Shown here: positions 1-9,225 of the stretch, one piece after another | Layout: every line of letters starts with the position of its first letter | Position numbering within the stretch: position 1 is the stretch's first letter | DNA from: an uncultured Methanoregula sp. | Lineage (GTDB): Archaea > Halobacteriota > Methanomicrobia > Methanomicrobiales > Methanospirillaceae | Direction: 5' to 3' | DNA length: 64,000 nucleotides | Assembly: GCA_964573085.1 (NCBI GenBank) | Contig: CAZNIL010000003.1 | Span: 1,699-65,698 of the forward strand | Program-made: the position numbers and the translations under genes | The notes under the pieces: generated by a model | The model's input: only the letters and a program-made list of their open reading frames with translations | What the model was told of the DNA's origin: nothing | The model's database searches: none

Positions 1-66
1 TTGAAAAAGAACGTGTTTATAGGAGGCTTTTTCATTTCGGCCAAAAAAATACTACAGATATCAATT

Positions 67-1299
67 ATGAAAATCTGCATCATCGGAGGAGGGGTAACCG
101 GTCTTGTCGCTGCCAACAGGCTGTCAGGAATCCATGAGATCGATCTCTTTGAAAAAAAAACCCAACTCGGTGGGTGCCTCTCTTCGTATCAGGTCGATAA
201 TTACTGGATTGAACAGTTCTATCATCACTGTTTCTCCGGGGATATCATTTTTTTCGAACTTTTAAAAGAATTAAAACTATTTGACAAACTTGAATGGCTT
301 GGTGCTACCAGCGGGTATTATGCCGGTAATACTGCATTTCCCCTGAATACACCGGTCGAGATCCTGAAATATCCCTATATTTCCCTGATTGACAAAGTAA
401 AACTTGCATGGCTCGTCATGAGAGCAAAAAAAATCGATACCCGTGCACTTGACCACATCCCCGCTGAAAAATTTATCATCGATACTCTCGGTAAAGATAT
501 ATACAGTTCGTTCTTTGAGCCCCTGCTCAACAGTAAATTTGGTGAAAACCGCAGGAATGTGTCAGCTGCATGGCTCATGAGCCGGATTGCGATCCGCTCG
601 AACCGAGGACTGTCTGGGGAGCGCCTGGGATATCTCAATGGGGGATTTCACCTGCTTATCGATGCACTCGAAGGTTCCATTCAAAAAAACGGTGGACATA
701 TCTTACGAACGTCACCGGTTTTGACAATCTGTCGCACAACGGGTGCGTGGGAGGTCAATGGATCCCGGTATGACACGGTTATTTCGACAATCCCCCCGCA
801 GGAACTGGCAAAGATCGGCGGGTCAAAAGTACTTCCGATCCCGTACCAAGGTGCGGCATGCATGACCATTGGTCTTGGACGGGACGTGACCGGCGGGATT
901 TACTGGCTGAACATGAAAGATCCTGCACCTTATGGAGCGATTGTTTCCCATACGAACTTTGTCCCCTGCGAACGGTATGGAGAGCATATCATCTATCTTG
1001 CCTCGTATTTCAGCGGGATGCCGCCGCAAAATATCGACAAGCAAATGCTTGAGGATTTCTGCCACCGGTTCTCGGTAAAAAAAGAGGAGATCCACTGGAC
1101 AAGGATGGCCGTGGATCCCTTTGCAGGACCGGTATATTCCCTCGGATATCGGTCATTGATCCCTGATTACGGGAAGGACGGGTTCTTTATGGCAGGCATG
1201 TTCTCGCTGCCGAATTATCCTGAGCGGAGTATGGAGGGGGCAGTCAGAGCGGGCAATGAAGTTGCGGACCGGATCATGAAGGTGACTTCCCGTGGCTGA
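67..1299 (+). CDS. FAD/NAD(P)-binding oxidoreductase (amine-oxidase / protoporphyrinogen-oxidase-like)
   Basis: The first ATG in ORF 1..1299 is at 67. It gives MKICIIGGGVTGLVAANRL...LGGC, an N-terminal GxGxxG dinucleotide-binding fold. It overlaps the next gene by 8 nt. Confidence 0.75.
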   Translation: MKICIIGGGVTGLVAANRLSGIHEIDLFEKKTQLGGCLSSYQVDNYWIEQFYHHCFSGDIIFFELLKELKLFDKLEWLGATSGYYAGNTAFPLNTPVEILKYPYISLIDKVKLAWLVMRAKKIDTRALDHIPAEKFIIDTLGKDIYSSFFEPLLNSKFGENRRNVSAAWLMSRIAIRSNRGLSGERLGYLNGGFHLLIDALEGSIQKNGGHILRTSPVLTICRTTGAWEVNGSRYDTVISTIPPQELAKIGGSKVLPIPYQGAACMTIGLGRDVTGGIYWLNMKDPAPYGAIVSHTNFVPCERYGEHIIYLASYFSGMPPQNIDKQMLEDFCHRFSVKKEEIHWTRMAVDPFAGPVYSLGYRSLIPDYGKDGFFMAGMFSLPNYPERSMEGAVRAGNEVADRIMKVTSRG

Positions 1300-2008
1300 T
1301 ATTGAAGTCACCGCGATCATTCCCGTCTTTAATGACCAGACTGCGCTTGAAATTGCGATACCGCAATCACTTGCGATATTGTCTACCATAACAGACAAGT
1401 TCGAGATCATCATCGCAGAAGACGGGAGCACGGACGGAAGCCCGGAGTTCGTCAGTTCGTGTGAACAGCAGGATCACCGTATACACCTCCTCCATAACGA
1501 CGAACGGCTGGGGCGCGGGCGGGCACTAAACCGGGCTATCACCGGAGCGAAGGGATCGATTGTCTGCTATTATGATGTCGATCTGGCAACTGATATGCAG
1601 CACCTCCCGGACCTTATTAATGCGATCCGTGACGGGTGTGCGATTGCCACGGGCTCACGCCTCCTTCCAGATAGCGACATACAAAGAACGGGGGGGAGGG
1701 AGATTGCGAGCAGAACCTATAATTTTCTCGTCAGGATTTTTCTGGGCAGTGCGCTGTACGATCACCAGTGTGGCTTTAAGGCATTCAATAAACAGAAGAT
1801 TCTGTCGGTCATTCCCGCAATCAAATCACAGCACTGGTTCTGGGATACGGAACTTCTCGTAAGGGGGCAGCGGCAGGGGCTTACGGTCAGGGAATTTCCG
1901 GTCCGGTGGCGGGCAGGGAAAGGGACAACCGTGAAGATCGGGGATGTCTTTGAGATGGGGTCATCCATCCTCAGGTTATGGTGGCAGGTCCATGTATCAG
2001 AAGATTAG
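1292..2008 (+). CDS. Family 2 glycosyltransferase (dolichyl-phosphate sugar synthase-like)
   Basis: 238 aa. It has IIPVFND, IIIAEDGSTDGS and a YYDVDL (DxD) motif, typical of GT-A/GT2 enzymes. GTG start; stop is TAG. Confidence 0.85.
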   Translation: MADIEVTAIIPVFNDQTALEIAIPQSLAILSTITDKFEIIIAEDGSTDGSPEFVSSCEQQDHRIHLLHNDERLGRGRALNRAITGAKGSIVCYYDVDLATDMQHLPDLINAIRDGCAIATGSRLLPDSDIQRTGGREIASRTYNFLVRIFLGSALYDHQCGFKAFNKQKILSVIPAIKSQHWFWDTELLVRGQRQGLTVREFPVRWRAGKGTTVKIGDVFEMGSSILRLWWQVHVSED

Positions 2009-2963
2009 CGCTGTCGTTATACCGACCCTCATCGCGATCGGCATCATCGCTTATATGCTCTTTAATGTATGGGGCGATTTACTAGATGCTCTTACCCATA
2101 TTGTTCCCTTCTACTTGGTCATCGCCCTCATCATCTGCCTTGCCGCGTGGTGGCTGCGGGGGTGGCGGTACCACACCATTCTTGCATATATGGATAACAA
2201 CGTGAGTGTCCGTGTCGCAACCGGGTGCATTTTTGTCAGTCAGACCGCAAACCTTGTCATCCCTGCACGCCTTGGGGATTTTGTCAGGATATTTATCCTG
2301 AACCATGAAAACCAGACCAGTTATTCAAATGGCATATCCTCAATTGTTGTCGAACGCGTCTTTGATATTGCATCGGTTGCCCTCCTTGGGCTTGTCGCAC
2401 TTACCTTAGTACTGGACGTTGACCCGGCATACTTTCTGGTCATCGTCCTTGTCTTGGCCCTTTGCGGCGTTTTTTTCATCTTTTTGTATTTTGCCAATAC
2501 TCTGCAATCTGACAACAGGTATGTACAGTTTGTCCTTACCATGCTGCATGAGATCCGGAAGGCATCCCTGACGCCCCGATCAGTTATTGTGCTCGGATTT
2601 TCTTCCCTCGTGATCTGGATCCTTGATGCGCTGGTCTGCCAGGCGGTTGTAATGATGTTTGAACAACACATCCCGTTTGTTACGGTGGTTCTTGCCATCG
2701 TGATCGGCAATCTCATCAAAGCAGTGCCCATAACACCAGGCGGAATCGGCACCTATGAATTTTTCGTTGCCAATATACTCATCCTGGCAGGGACTGCCCC
2801 GGCAGTTGCGACGCTGATTGCAGTCATCGATCACCTGATCAAGAACCTTGTCACGCTTGCCGGGGGCATCATCTCGATCTATCTCTTTGGTGACTGGGTT
2901 GTGCCGACCATAAAAAAAGCGCTCAATATGCGCTTTGATGGGGGGAATACAACTGAACGCTGA
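1992..2963 (+). CDS. UPF0104 / lysylphosphatidylglycerol-synthase-TM-region-like (flippase-like) membrane protein
   Basis: Polytopic hydrophobic ORF. ATG 1992 (MYQKISAVV...) was chosen over 1944. The C-terminal ...PITPGGIGTYE motif is typical of this family. Confidence 0.6.
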   Translation: MYQKISAVVIPTLIAIGIIAYMLFNVWGDLLDALTHIVPFYLVIALIICLAAWWLRGWRYHTILAYMDNNVSVRVATGCIFVSQTANLVIPARLGDFVRIFILNHENQTSYSNGISSIVVERVFDIASVALLGLVALTLVLDVDPAYFLVIVLVLALCGVFFIFLYFANTLQSDNRYVQFVLTMLHEIRKASLTPRSVIVLGFSSLVIWILDALVCQAVVMMFEQHIPFVTVVLAIVIGNLIKAVPITPGGIGTYEFFVANILILAGTAPAVATLIAVIDHLIKNLVTLAGGIISIYLFGDWVVPTIKKALNMRFDGGNTTER

Positions 2964-4956
2964 ACTTCAGGTATATTCGGTGATCAGCTGGCTCTGCATC
3001 ATCACATTTCTCCAGCTTGCGGTCTATCCCTCCTTAAAAAAAACTTTTGACCGGTATGCATTCCCTGCATCGTTTGCCGCTTCATTACTGCTCTTTACCC
3101 TGATCTCATGGTATTGCGGGCTTTTTCATCTCCCCATACATCTTGCCCTCATCCCGTTTGCCATCCTGTTCGTCTACCATCTCTATCATCGTCACTTTAC
3201 CGCAGAAGACCTCAAAGCGCAGTGGCGCTGGGAACTTGTATTCCTCATCTTCTTCTTCCTGATGCTTGAGATCCGGTTTGTCAACCCCACGATCTCGTAC
3301 GCGGAAAAATTCATGGATCATGCATTCCTTGCATCGGTGATGCGCCAGCCTGTGGTTCCCCCGCTCGATCCGTGGTTTGCCGGCGGTTTTCTGAATATCT
3401 ATTATTATCTCGGGTACTGGATGTTCGGGTGCCTCGCGATAGTGAGCGCGGTGCCGTCAAACATCGCGTTCAATCTCGCACTTCCTACAGTGCTGGGAGT
3501 TGCGGCAGTGAACCTGTATGCAACCGGTGACCTGCTGCTCGACCGGTTCCGGTGGTTGCCGCTTATTACATTATTGTTACCCAACCCGTCGTTTTTCTAC
3601 CAGATTGTCCAAGGAAAAGGGGTGAATGCCATCATTTGGGACAGCACCCGCACCATCACCAGTACGATCAATGAATACCCTCTCTTCTCGTTCATCTGGG
3701 GCGATGTCCACCCTCATGTCATCGGGATATTCAACCAGATCTTTTTACTCTTCATCATTATTTTTGCCTGGAAACGGTGGAGTGCCCTCTCTTTATTGGG
3801 TAAGTGGCTTGTCTGTATCATTGCAGCAGTCAGCCTGGGTTCGATGCCGCTCTTCAATACCTGGGATGTGCTGATCTATGCGCCTATCACGGTGCTGTTC
3901 GGGATCCTGATCTGGTGGCAGAACCGGTCAGTCGCATCATTTTCTGATGCCATCCGGTTTCTTATCGTCGTTCCTTCCCTCTCCATCATCTGCTACCTGC
4001 CGTTCTACCTGCAGTTAAAGACCAATATTGGGGGTGTTGCGCTTGTCCAGAGCCCTTCCGATCCTGCCCAGTTTGTCCTTGTCCACGGGTTCTTCATCGT
4101 GATCCTGCTTGCGCTCCTTTCAAAGGATATCCTGCAGAAACCATACTATCTGCTCGCCGCAGTCCCCTTTGTCATTGCAGGATATCCTGCGGCGGCGATC
4201 GCAGTTGTTCCAATTATTTACCTGTTTGCAAAAAAGGAGCACGACATCCCCGACATTCTTGCCATCATCGGTCTTCTCCTGATCACGTTCTGCGAACTTA
4301 TCTACCTGAAGGACAACATGGGCGACACCTATTTCCGGATGAACACGGTCTTCAAATGTTATATCGCTGCATGGCTGTTGCTGGGCATATCCACATTCAC
4401 CATGGCGGGACAGGCACTCTCCCGGTGGAACCAGGTACCACTAATTTCACGTAAAACGCAAGCAATTGTTGTGATTGCTGTTATTGCAGCCCTTGCTGCA
4501 ATCCCGCTGCTGGTGCCCCTCGATTTGAATTATGGGAGCCGTTCCCTCGACGGACTCGAGTATCTCACCACAGCGCACCCGGGTGATGCGGCAGCCGTAG
4601 CGTACCTGCGGTCATTGCCCGGTGATATTCGCATTGTTGAAGGAGAGGGTGGGGATTATACTTACTATTCGCGCATCTCATCGTTCACTGGCATCCCGTC
4701 GATCATCGGGATGCCCTTCCATGAATATATGTGGCGCGGCGATGATTCAGGTTGGTACAGCGGGAGGATTAACGATATCCGGGCGATATATGAACAACCT
4801 GATCAGACACCCGCTCTCATGCAGAAGTACCATGCGACACTACTCATTGTTGGCGAGCCGGAGCGGAGCCGTTATAATATCAATATGTCTTCGACTGATC
4901 TTGAACTCATTTTTTCACAGGATGGAACGGAGATTTACCATATGAAAGGGACGTAA
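2935..4956 (+). CDS. Large polytopic membrane protein, DUF2298 / 'Chlor_Arch_YYY' (TIGR03662-like)
   Basis: 673 aa with many TM segments. It contains DPWFAGGFLNIYYYLGYW (YYY codons at 3399-3407) and a C-terminal soluble domain. The family assignment is from memory of the motif. Confidence 0.6.
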   Translation: MMGGIQLNAELQVYSVISWLCIITFLQLAVYPSLKKTFDRYAFPASFAASLLLFTLISWYCGLFHLPIHLALIPFAILFVYHLYHRHFTAEDLKAQWRWELVFLIFFFLMLEIRFVNPTISYAEKFMDHAFLASVMRQPVVPPLDPWFAGGFLNIYYYLGYWMFGCLAIVSAVPSNIAFNLALPTVLGVAAVNLYATGDLLLDRFRWLPLITLLLPNPSFFYQIVQGKGVNAIIWDSTRTITSTINEYPLFSFIWGDVHPHVIGIFNQIFLLFIIIFAWKRWSALSLLGKWLVCIIAAVSLGSMPLFNTWDVLIYAPITVLFGILIWWQNRSVASFSDAIRFLIVVPSLSIICYLPFYLQLKTNIGGVALVQSPSDPAQFVLVHGFFIVILLALLSKDILQKPYYLLAAVPFVIAGYPAAAIAVVPIIYLFAKKEHDIPDILAIIGLLLITFCELIYLKDNMGDTYFRMNTVFKCYIAAWLLLGISTFTMAGQALSRWNQVPLISRKTQAIVVIAVIAALAAIPLLVPLDLNYGSRSLDGLEYLTTAHPGDAAAVAYLRSLPGDIRIVEGEGGDYTYYSRISSFTGIPSIIGMPFHEYMWRGDDSGWYSGRINDIRAIYEQPDQTPALMQKYHATLLIVGEPERSRYNINMSSTDLELIFSQDGTEIYHMKGT

Positions 4957-5174
4957 ACGGGATTTACCGCAGGTGACGTGATCAGCTCATTTATCATAAA
5001 AATGTAACATTTCCGGCTTTTTAAGAAAAACCTGTATCTTGCAATCATTTCCCTGGATCTGTCCCGCAGGTATCGCATCGCGGGGGTGTCTCCAGTACCA
5101 CGGGCTCCTAGGGATTTCATGAGTGAAAGAGTTAAGGCATCTCACGGATCACATCACTTGACAAGGGTATACAT

Positions 5175-5900
5175 ATGGTACGAAACCGGTTCGTATTCAT
5201 CACGCTTGCAGGTATTGTCTGCTTTTTTTTACTTGTCGTCCCTGTCCTTGGATCCGATGTGACCACATCAATCTCCGGTGGAGGTATGGTGGTGCAGGGC
5301 AAACCGTTTACCCTCACCATAATCGGGGTACCCAACAGCCAGTATTATGTATGGGTAACAAGGACGTTCTCCATGACGGGAGCAACTGGGGACCAGCCCC
5401 CGGTCGTCCAAGTCAGTATAGAGGGTGTTGCACAGGACCCGGCGGGCGGGCCCTATACCATAGGCTCGTATGCATTCCGGAACGGGAACGGCCGCACGAT
5501 TCAACAGGATGTTGCACCTTCGACACCCCAAGTTCAAAATACGCGATATTATGCGCGTGTTACAATGGATAATGCGGGGCGTGCATTCATCGGGTTCCAG
5601 ACGTCATCTGCGACAGCACCAAAGACCTTTTCCATTCGGATCGAGAATGCCGACTCCTATAATGAGGAGAGCGTGAGCGTTGAAAAAGGATCGGTGAGCA
5701 TTGAGGCAGGCGGACAGAAAACGGTGCAGCCGGCACCTGTCGTGACACTCTCAACTCCTGAAACCAGTATTCCCATAACCCCAAGTAACTCTCCAACCCC
5801 TCCGACGACTGCAACAACAACACCAAAGCCTACGCCATTAGAGACAGGGGTCGTCCTATTGGGAGCGGGTATCGGACTTTTTTGTCTGCGAAAGACCTGA
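5175..5900 (+). CDS. Secreted surface protein with Thr/Pro linker and C-terminal membrane anchor
   Basis: It has an N-terminal signal/TM segment (FITLAGIVCFFLLVVPVLG). The C-terminus reads ...TPSNSPTPPTTATTTPKPTPLETGVVLLGAGIGLFCLRKT. Confidence 0.6.
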   Translation: MVRNRFVFITLAGIVCFFLLVVPVLGSDVTTSISGGGMVVQGKPFTLTIIGVPNSQYYVWVTRTFSMTGATGDQPPVVQVSIEGVAQDPAGGPYTIGSYAFRNGNGRTIQQDVAPSTPQVQNTRYYARVTMDNAGRAFIGFQTSSATAPKTFSIRIENADSYNEESVSVEKGSVSIEAGGQKTVQPAPVVTLSTPETSIPITPSNSPTPPTTATTTPKPTPLETGVVLLGAGIGLFCLRKT

Positions 5901-5902
5901 AA

Positions 5903-5910
5903 TTTTTTTT
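5903..5910 (+). terminator. Oligo-T tract (T8) right after the stop of 5175..5900
   Basis: The sequence is TGAAATTTTTTTTAAAA. Archaeal intrinsic termination uses oligo-T tracts. Confidence 0.4.
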
Positions 5911-6167
5911 AAAATTTCCCGGCTAATGCGGGCGTTCACACTCTGGCCTGTTGTGATTCACCTCTCTGTACAAAAAATATTTTTTTTGCAATGCATATGC
6001 TGCAGGAGTTTACATTGAGAGGCTGTCTTGGGAACATGACCGTCTTTTGTGGTGATGACAGATCTGCTTTCCCAAAACTAGGTGTGACCGGAGGATGGAG
6101 AGAATTCTGCACTGCAACAACCTTTATTTCCCATCCTAACGATGTCATATGGCACATCATCAACTGA

Positions 6168-6200
6168 CTGATGAGTAATGAAGGAGTACTCCACTCCTGA
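6168..6200 (+). promoter_or_regulatory. Candidate K-turn-like element (C-box-like CUGAUGA ... D-box-like CUGA) in the rpl7ae leader
   Basis: CUGAUGA lies at 6168-6174 and CUGA at 6197-6200. They flank a GGAG...CUCC hairpin 13-45 nt upstream of the rpl7ae ATG. No clean canonical K-turn could be drawn. Confidence 0.3.
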
Positions 6201-6212
6201 ATGAGGTGAGTT

Positions 6213-6581
6213 ATGGCAAAAGGCTACGTAAAAACCCAGGCTCCAGATGAGCTCCAGAACAAGGCGCTTGAAGCCCTTGAAGTCGCACGGGATACAGGAA
6301 AGATCAAGAAAGGATCCAACGAGGCAACGAAGGCCATAGAACGCAGCATCGCCCAGCTTGTTTTGATCGGCGCTGATGTCGAACCCGAAGAAATCGTGAT
6401 GCACCTCGGCCCCCTTTGCGAGGAAAAGAAGATCCCGTACATTTTTATCAACAAACAGAACGATATCGGCGCTGCAAGTGGTCTTGACGTCGGTTCTGCT
6501 GCTGCTGCAATTGTAAAGTCCGGCAAGGCAAAAGACGTCGTCGATGACTTGGCAAAGCAACTGGTTGCCCTTAAGGCGTGA
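6213..6581 (+). CDS. rpl7ae: 50S ribosomal protein L7Ae
   Basis: 122 aa with ...[37 protein letters not shown].... A GAGGTGA Shine-Dalgarno sequence lies at 6204-6210. It heads the conserved archaeal L7Ae-S28e-L24e-Ndk cluster. Confidence 0.95.
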   Translation: MAKGYVKTQAPDELQNKALEALEVARDTGKIKKGSNEATKAIERSIAQLVLIGADVEPEEIVMHLGPLCEEKKIPYIFINKQNDIGAASGLDVGSAAAAIVKSGKAKDVVDDLAKQLVALKA

Positions 6582-6589
6582 GGATCTTT

Positions 6590-6799
6590 ATGGCAGACGA
6601 TGCAACGCCAGCAGAAGTGATCGAGGTGGTCGGTTCCACCGGCATGCATGGTGAAGCCATGCAGGTAAAGTGCCGCATCCTTGACGGCAACAACAAGGGG
6701 CGCATAATCACCCGCAATACGGTCGGCCCGATCCGCGAGGGGGATATCGTGATGCTCCTTGAGACCGAGCGCGAGGCAAAGAAACTCTCGAGGCGGTGA
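6590..6799 (+). CDS. rps28e: 30S ribosomal protein S28e
   Basis: [33 protein letters not shown]...[19 protein letters not shown] at 6590. Confidence 0.95.
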   Translation: MADDATPAEVIEVVGSTGMHGEAMQVKCRILDGNNKGRIITRNTVGPIREGDIVMLLETEREAKKLSRR

Positions 6800-6996
6800 A
6801 CCCGATGGTTGAACACTATTTATGCACGTTCTGTGGTGTTTCTCTTGAACCGGGCACCGGTAAGATGTTTGTCAAAAAGGACGGGACGATCTTTTATTTC
6901 TGCAGCTCCAAGTGCGAGAACAACCACAAGCTTGGCAGGGTCCCCCGCCGTGTCGAATGGACAAAGGCCGGGAAGAAGGCACTCGGCAAGGAGTAA
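6796..6996 (+). CDS. rpl24e: 50S ribosomal protein L24e
   Basis: ...[34 protein letters not shown].... The start is GTG 6796 or ATG 6805. Confidence 0.9.
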   Translation: MNPMVEHYLCTFCGVSLEPGTGKMFVKKDGTIFYFCSSKCENNHKLGRVPRRVEWTKAGKKALGKE

Positions 6997-7002
6997 TGGG
7001 AT

Positions 7003-7455
7003 ATGGACCGCACGTTCGTAATGGTCAAACCGGATGGTGTCCAACGCGGGCTTGTGGGCGGGATTGTCTCACGCCTTGAGTCTAAAGGCTTAAAACTCGT
7101 TGCTGCACGGTTCGAGAAGCTCCCCGAACCACGTGTCAACGATCAGTACAAAGAGCACCTTGAAAAACCGTTCTTCCCGTCCTTAAAAAAATACATCATG
7201 GGCGGCCCGTGTTTCCTCATGGTCTGGGAAGGCAGGAATGTGGTCGCAATTGTCCGCAGGGTGATCGGCGCGACGAACCCGCAGGAAGCTGCGCCCGGTA
7301 CCATCCGCGGTGATTTCGGGATCGATATCGGAAGAAATGTCATCCACGCGTCTGACTCCCCCGAGAGCGCCGCCCGTGAGATTGCGATCCATTTCAAACC
7401 GGCAGAACTCTCCTCGTATGCCCGGATCGATGAGTCCGTCATCTACGAGTATTAA
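7003..7455 (+). CDS. ndk: Nucleoside diphosphate kinase
   Basis: [19 protein letters not shown]...RNVIHASDS... (active-site His motif). Confidence 0.95.
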   Translation: MDRTFVMVKPDGVQRGLVGGIVSRLESKGLKLVAARFEKLPEPRVNDQYKEHLEKPFFPSLKKYIMGGPCFLMVWEGRNVVAIVRRVIGATNPQEAAPGTIRGDFGIDIGRNVIHASDSPESAAREIAIHFKPAELSSYARIDESVIYEY

Positions 7456-7459
7456 ATTA

Positions 7460-7466
7460 TTTTTTT
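7460..7466 (+). terminator. Oligo-T tract (T7) 5 nt after the ndk stop
   Basis: The sequence is TAAATTATTTTTTTATAG, at the end of the ribosomal/ndk operon. Confidence 0.45.
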
Positions 7467-7682
7467 ATAGCAATTTCAAGATGTTTCTGCTCTATAAAAA
7501 ACCGGTTGAATTTTTCAACTAAAACACTCCAAGGGGCCTTTAAAGATTTAATAATCTTCTCCAATCAATCCTTGCTTACAGCGACAATTGATTCCTCCAA
7601 GAGCGTCATATTGTTACCCAACCATTTCAACAGTACCTAAAAACCATAAACGCTATATCTCCGTCCGCCGCACGTACCGCTC

Positions 7683-8336
7683 ATGGAAGGGGATATGATC
7701 ACGTTTGCGTTACTGGCGCTTTCGTCGATTATTATCATTGTCAACCCACTCGGCGCAACACTCATCTATGTCTCCCTTACAACAAGCCTTGACCGTGCCC
7801 AGAAAGACGTCATTGCGAAGGATTCCTGCAGGTTTGCGCTCATCGTGCTCCTCATTGTCGCTGTGCTCGGCACTTGGATCATTCAGATCTTCGGCATCAG
7901 CCTCGAGGCATTCAGGATTGCCGGGGGGATCCTGCTTTTTGGCATCGGTATGGAGATGGTGTATGCAAAGACGTCCCGCACCAAGCTCACCGCCACCGAG
8001 AAGTATGAATCACGCGACACGGATGACATCGCACTCATGCCGATTGCAATCCCGATGATCGCAGGGCCCGGCGCGATCACGACCACGATCGTCATGATGA
8101 ACGAGGCACAGGCAATGACACCGGTTGCCATTGGAGTTGTTATCATCTCCCTTGTCCTTGCGATCGTGATCACCTACGTAATGATGAAAAATTCCGATTA
8201 TATCATGACCAAAGTAGGGCAGCGGGAGTACCGGGCGTTCAACCGGCTCATGGGGATGCTGCTGATCGCCATCGCTGTGCAGTTCGTCATCAACGGCATG
8301 AAGATCGCATTCCCGTTACTAGGTGGCGTGACATGA
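7683..8336 (+). CDS. MarC family (UPF0056) integral membrane protein
   Basis: ...IIIVNPLGATLIYVSLT... with six hydrophobic segments. The start may be ATG 7695. Confidence 0.8.
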   Translation: MEGDMITFALLALSSIIIIVNPLGATLIYVSLTTSLDRAQKDVIAKDSCRFALIVLLIVAVLGTWIIQIFGISLEAFRIAGGILLFGIGMEMVYAKTSRTKLTATEKYESRDTDDIALMPIAIPMIAGPGAITTTIVMMNEAQAMTPVAIGVVIISLVLAIVITYVMMKNSDYIMTKVGQREYRAFNRLMGMLLIAIAVQFVINGMKIAFPLLGGVT

Positions 8337-8396
8337 TGCGAGGCTGCACAACGAGGATAAAAAAGCACTTGGCGGGTACCGGCGCCTGAATTACTC

Positions 8397-9188
8397 ATGA
8401 GATGCTGCAGCGCCCAGATTACAAGCTGCTGGGAAGATCCTGAAAGGACGCTCAAAAAAATTGAACCGTTCATCCAGCAGGCCGCATCCGCGGGTTCCCG
8501 GATCATCGCGTTTCCTGAACAATTTGCAACAGGGTGGGACCCTTGTTCAGACCAGTATATCCAGGACAGTTCCGGCATGATTGTGTCAACCCTGAAAAAA
8601 TATGCACAGGAATATTCCATTGCGGTTCTCGGTTCGTTCCGCGAACGCCGCTATCCACTCCCGGCAAATTCAGCTATTGTAATAGATAGTAATGGTATTA
8701 TCAGGGCGTTGTACGCAAAGATGCATCCCTTCACGCTGGTGCATGAAGAGCGATGCTATGCGGCGGGCGATGACATCGCCGTATTCGAGATTGAGGGTAC
8801 GAAATTCGGCATCGCGATCTGTTATGACCTGAGGTTTCCTTCGCTGTTCCAGGTCTATGCGAAAAAAGGGGTATGCGGAGTTTTTGTGCCGTCGGCCTGG
8901 CCTGCGAGCCGGATCAGGCACTGGGAACTCTTCGTGAAGGCACGGGCGTTGGAGAACCAGATGTATATCATCGGCATCAACCCCACAGGAAAAACACCGG
9001 TTGGCCAGTATGCCGGCGCTTCAATGACCATAGATCCCGATGGTTGCATCGTGGCGCAGGCAGGCAGGGGCGACGAACTCCTTTTTTCTGATGTGGATCC
9101 AGCGAAGGTTGATGATGCCCGGCGCAGGTTCCCGTCCCATAAGGACCAGCGGACGGAACTGTACCACCGTTTGCATCAGAGGGAATAG
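8397..9188 (+). CDS. Carbon-nitrogen hydrolase (nitrilase superfamily amidohydrolase)
   Basis: It has ...RIIAFPEQFATGW... and ...FGIAICYDLRFP... (catalytic Cys motif). Stop is TAG. Confidence 0.85.
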   Translation: MRCCSAQITSCWEDPERTLKKIEPFIQQAASAGSRIIAFPEQFATGWDPCSDQYIQDSSGMIVSTLKKYAQEYSIAVLGSFRERRYPLPANSAIVIDSNGIIRALYAKMHPFTLVHEERCYAAGDDIAVFEIEGTKFGIAICYDLRFPSLFQVYAKKGVCGVFVPSAWPASRIRHWELFVKARALENQMYIIGINPTGKTPVGQYAGASMTIDPDGCIVAQAGRGDELLFSDVDPAKVDDARRRFPSHKDQRTELYHRLHQRE

Positions 9189-9225
9189 CGCCGCCTATAT
9201 CTATAACGGAATCCAATTGTACTGT

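Noticed and set aside
9040-9225. An N-terminal 62-aa extension of thrC overlapping the nitrilase gene.
   Set aside because: The extension has no ThrC-like sequence and overlaps the upstream CDS by 149 nt. ATG 9226 yields the conserved Zn-ribbon N-terminus.
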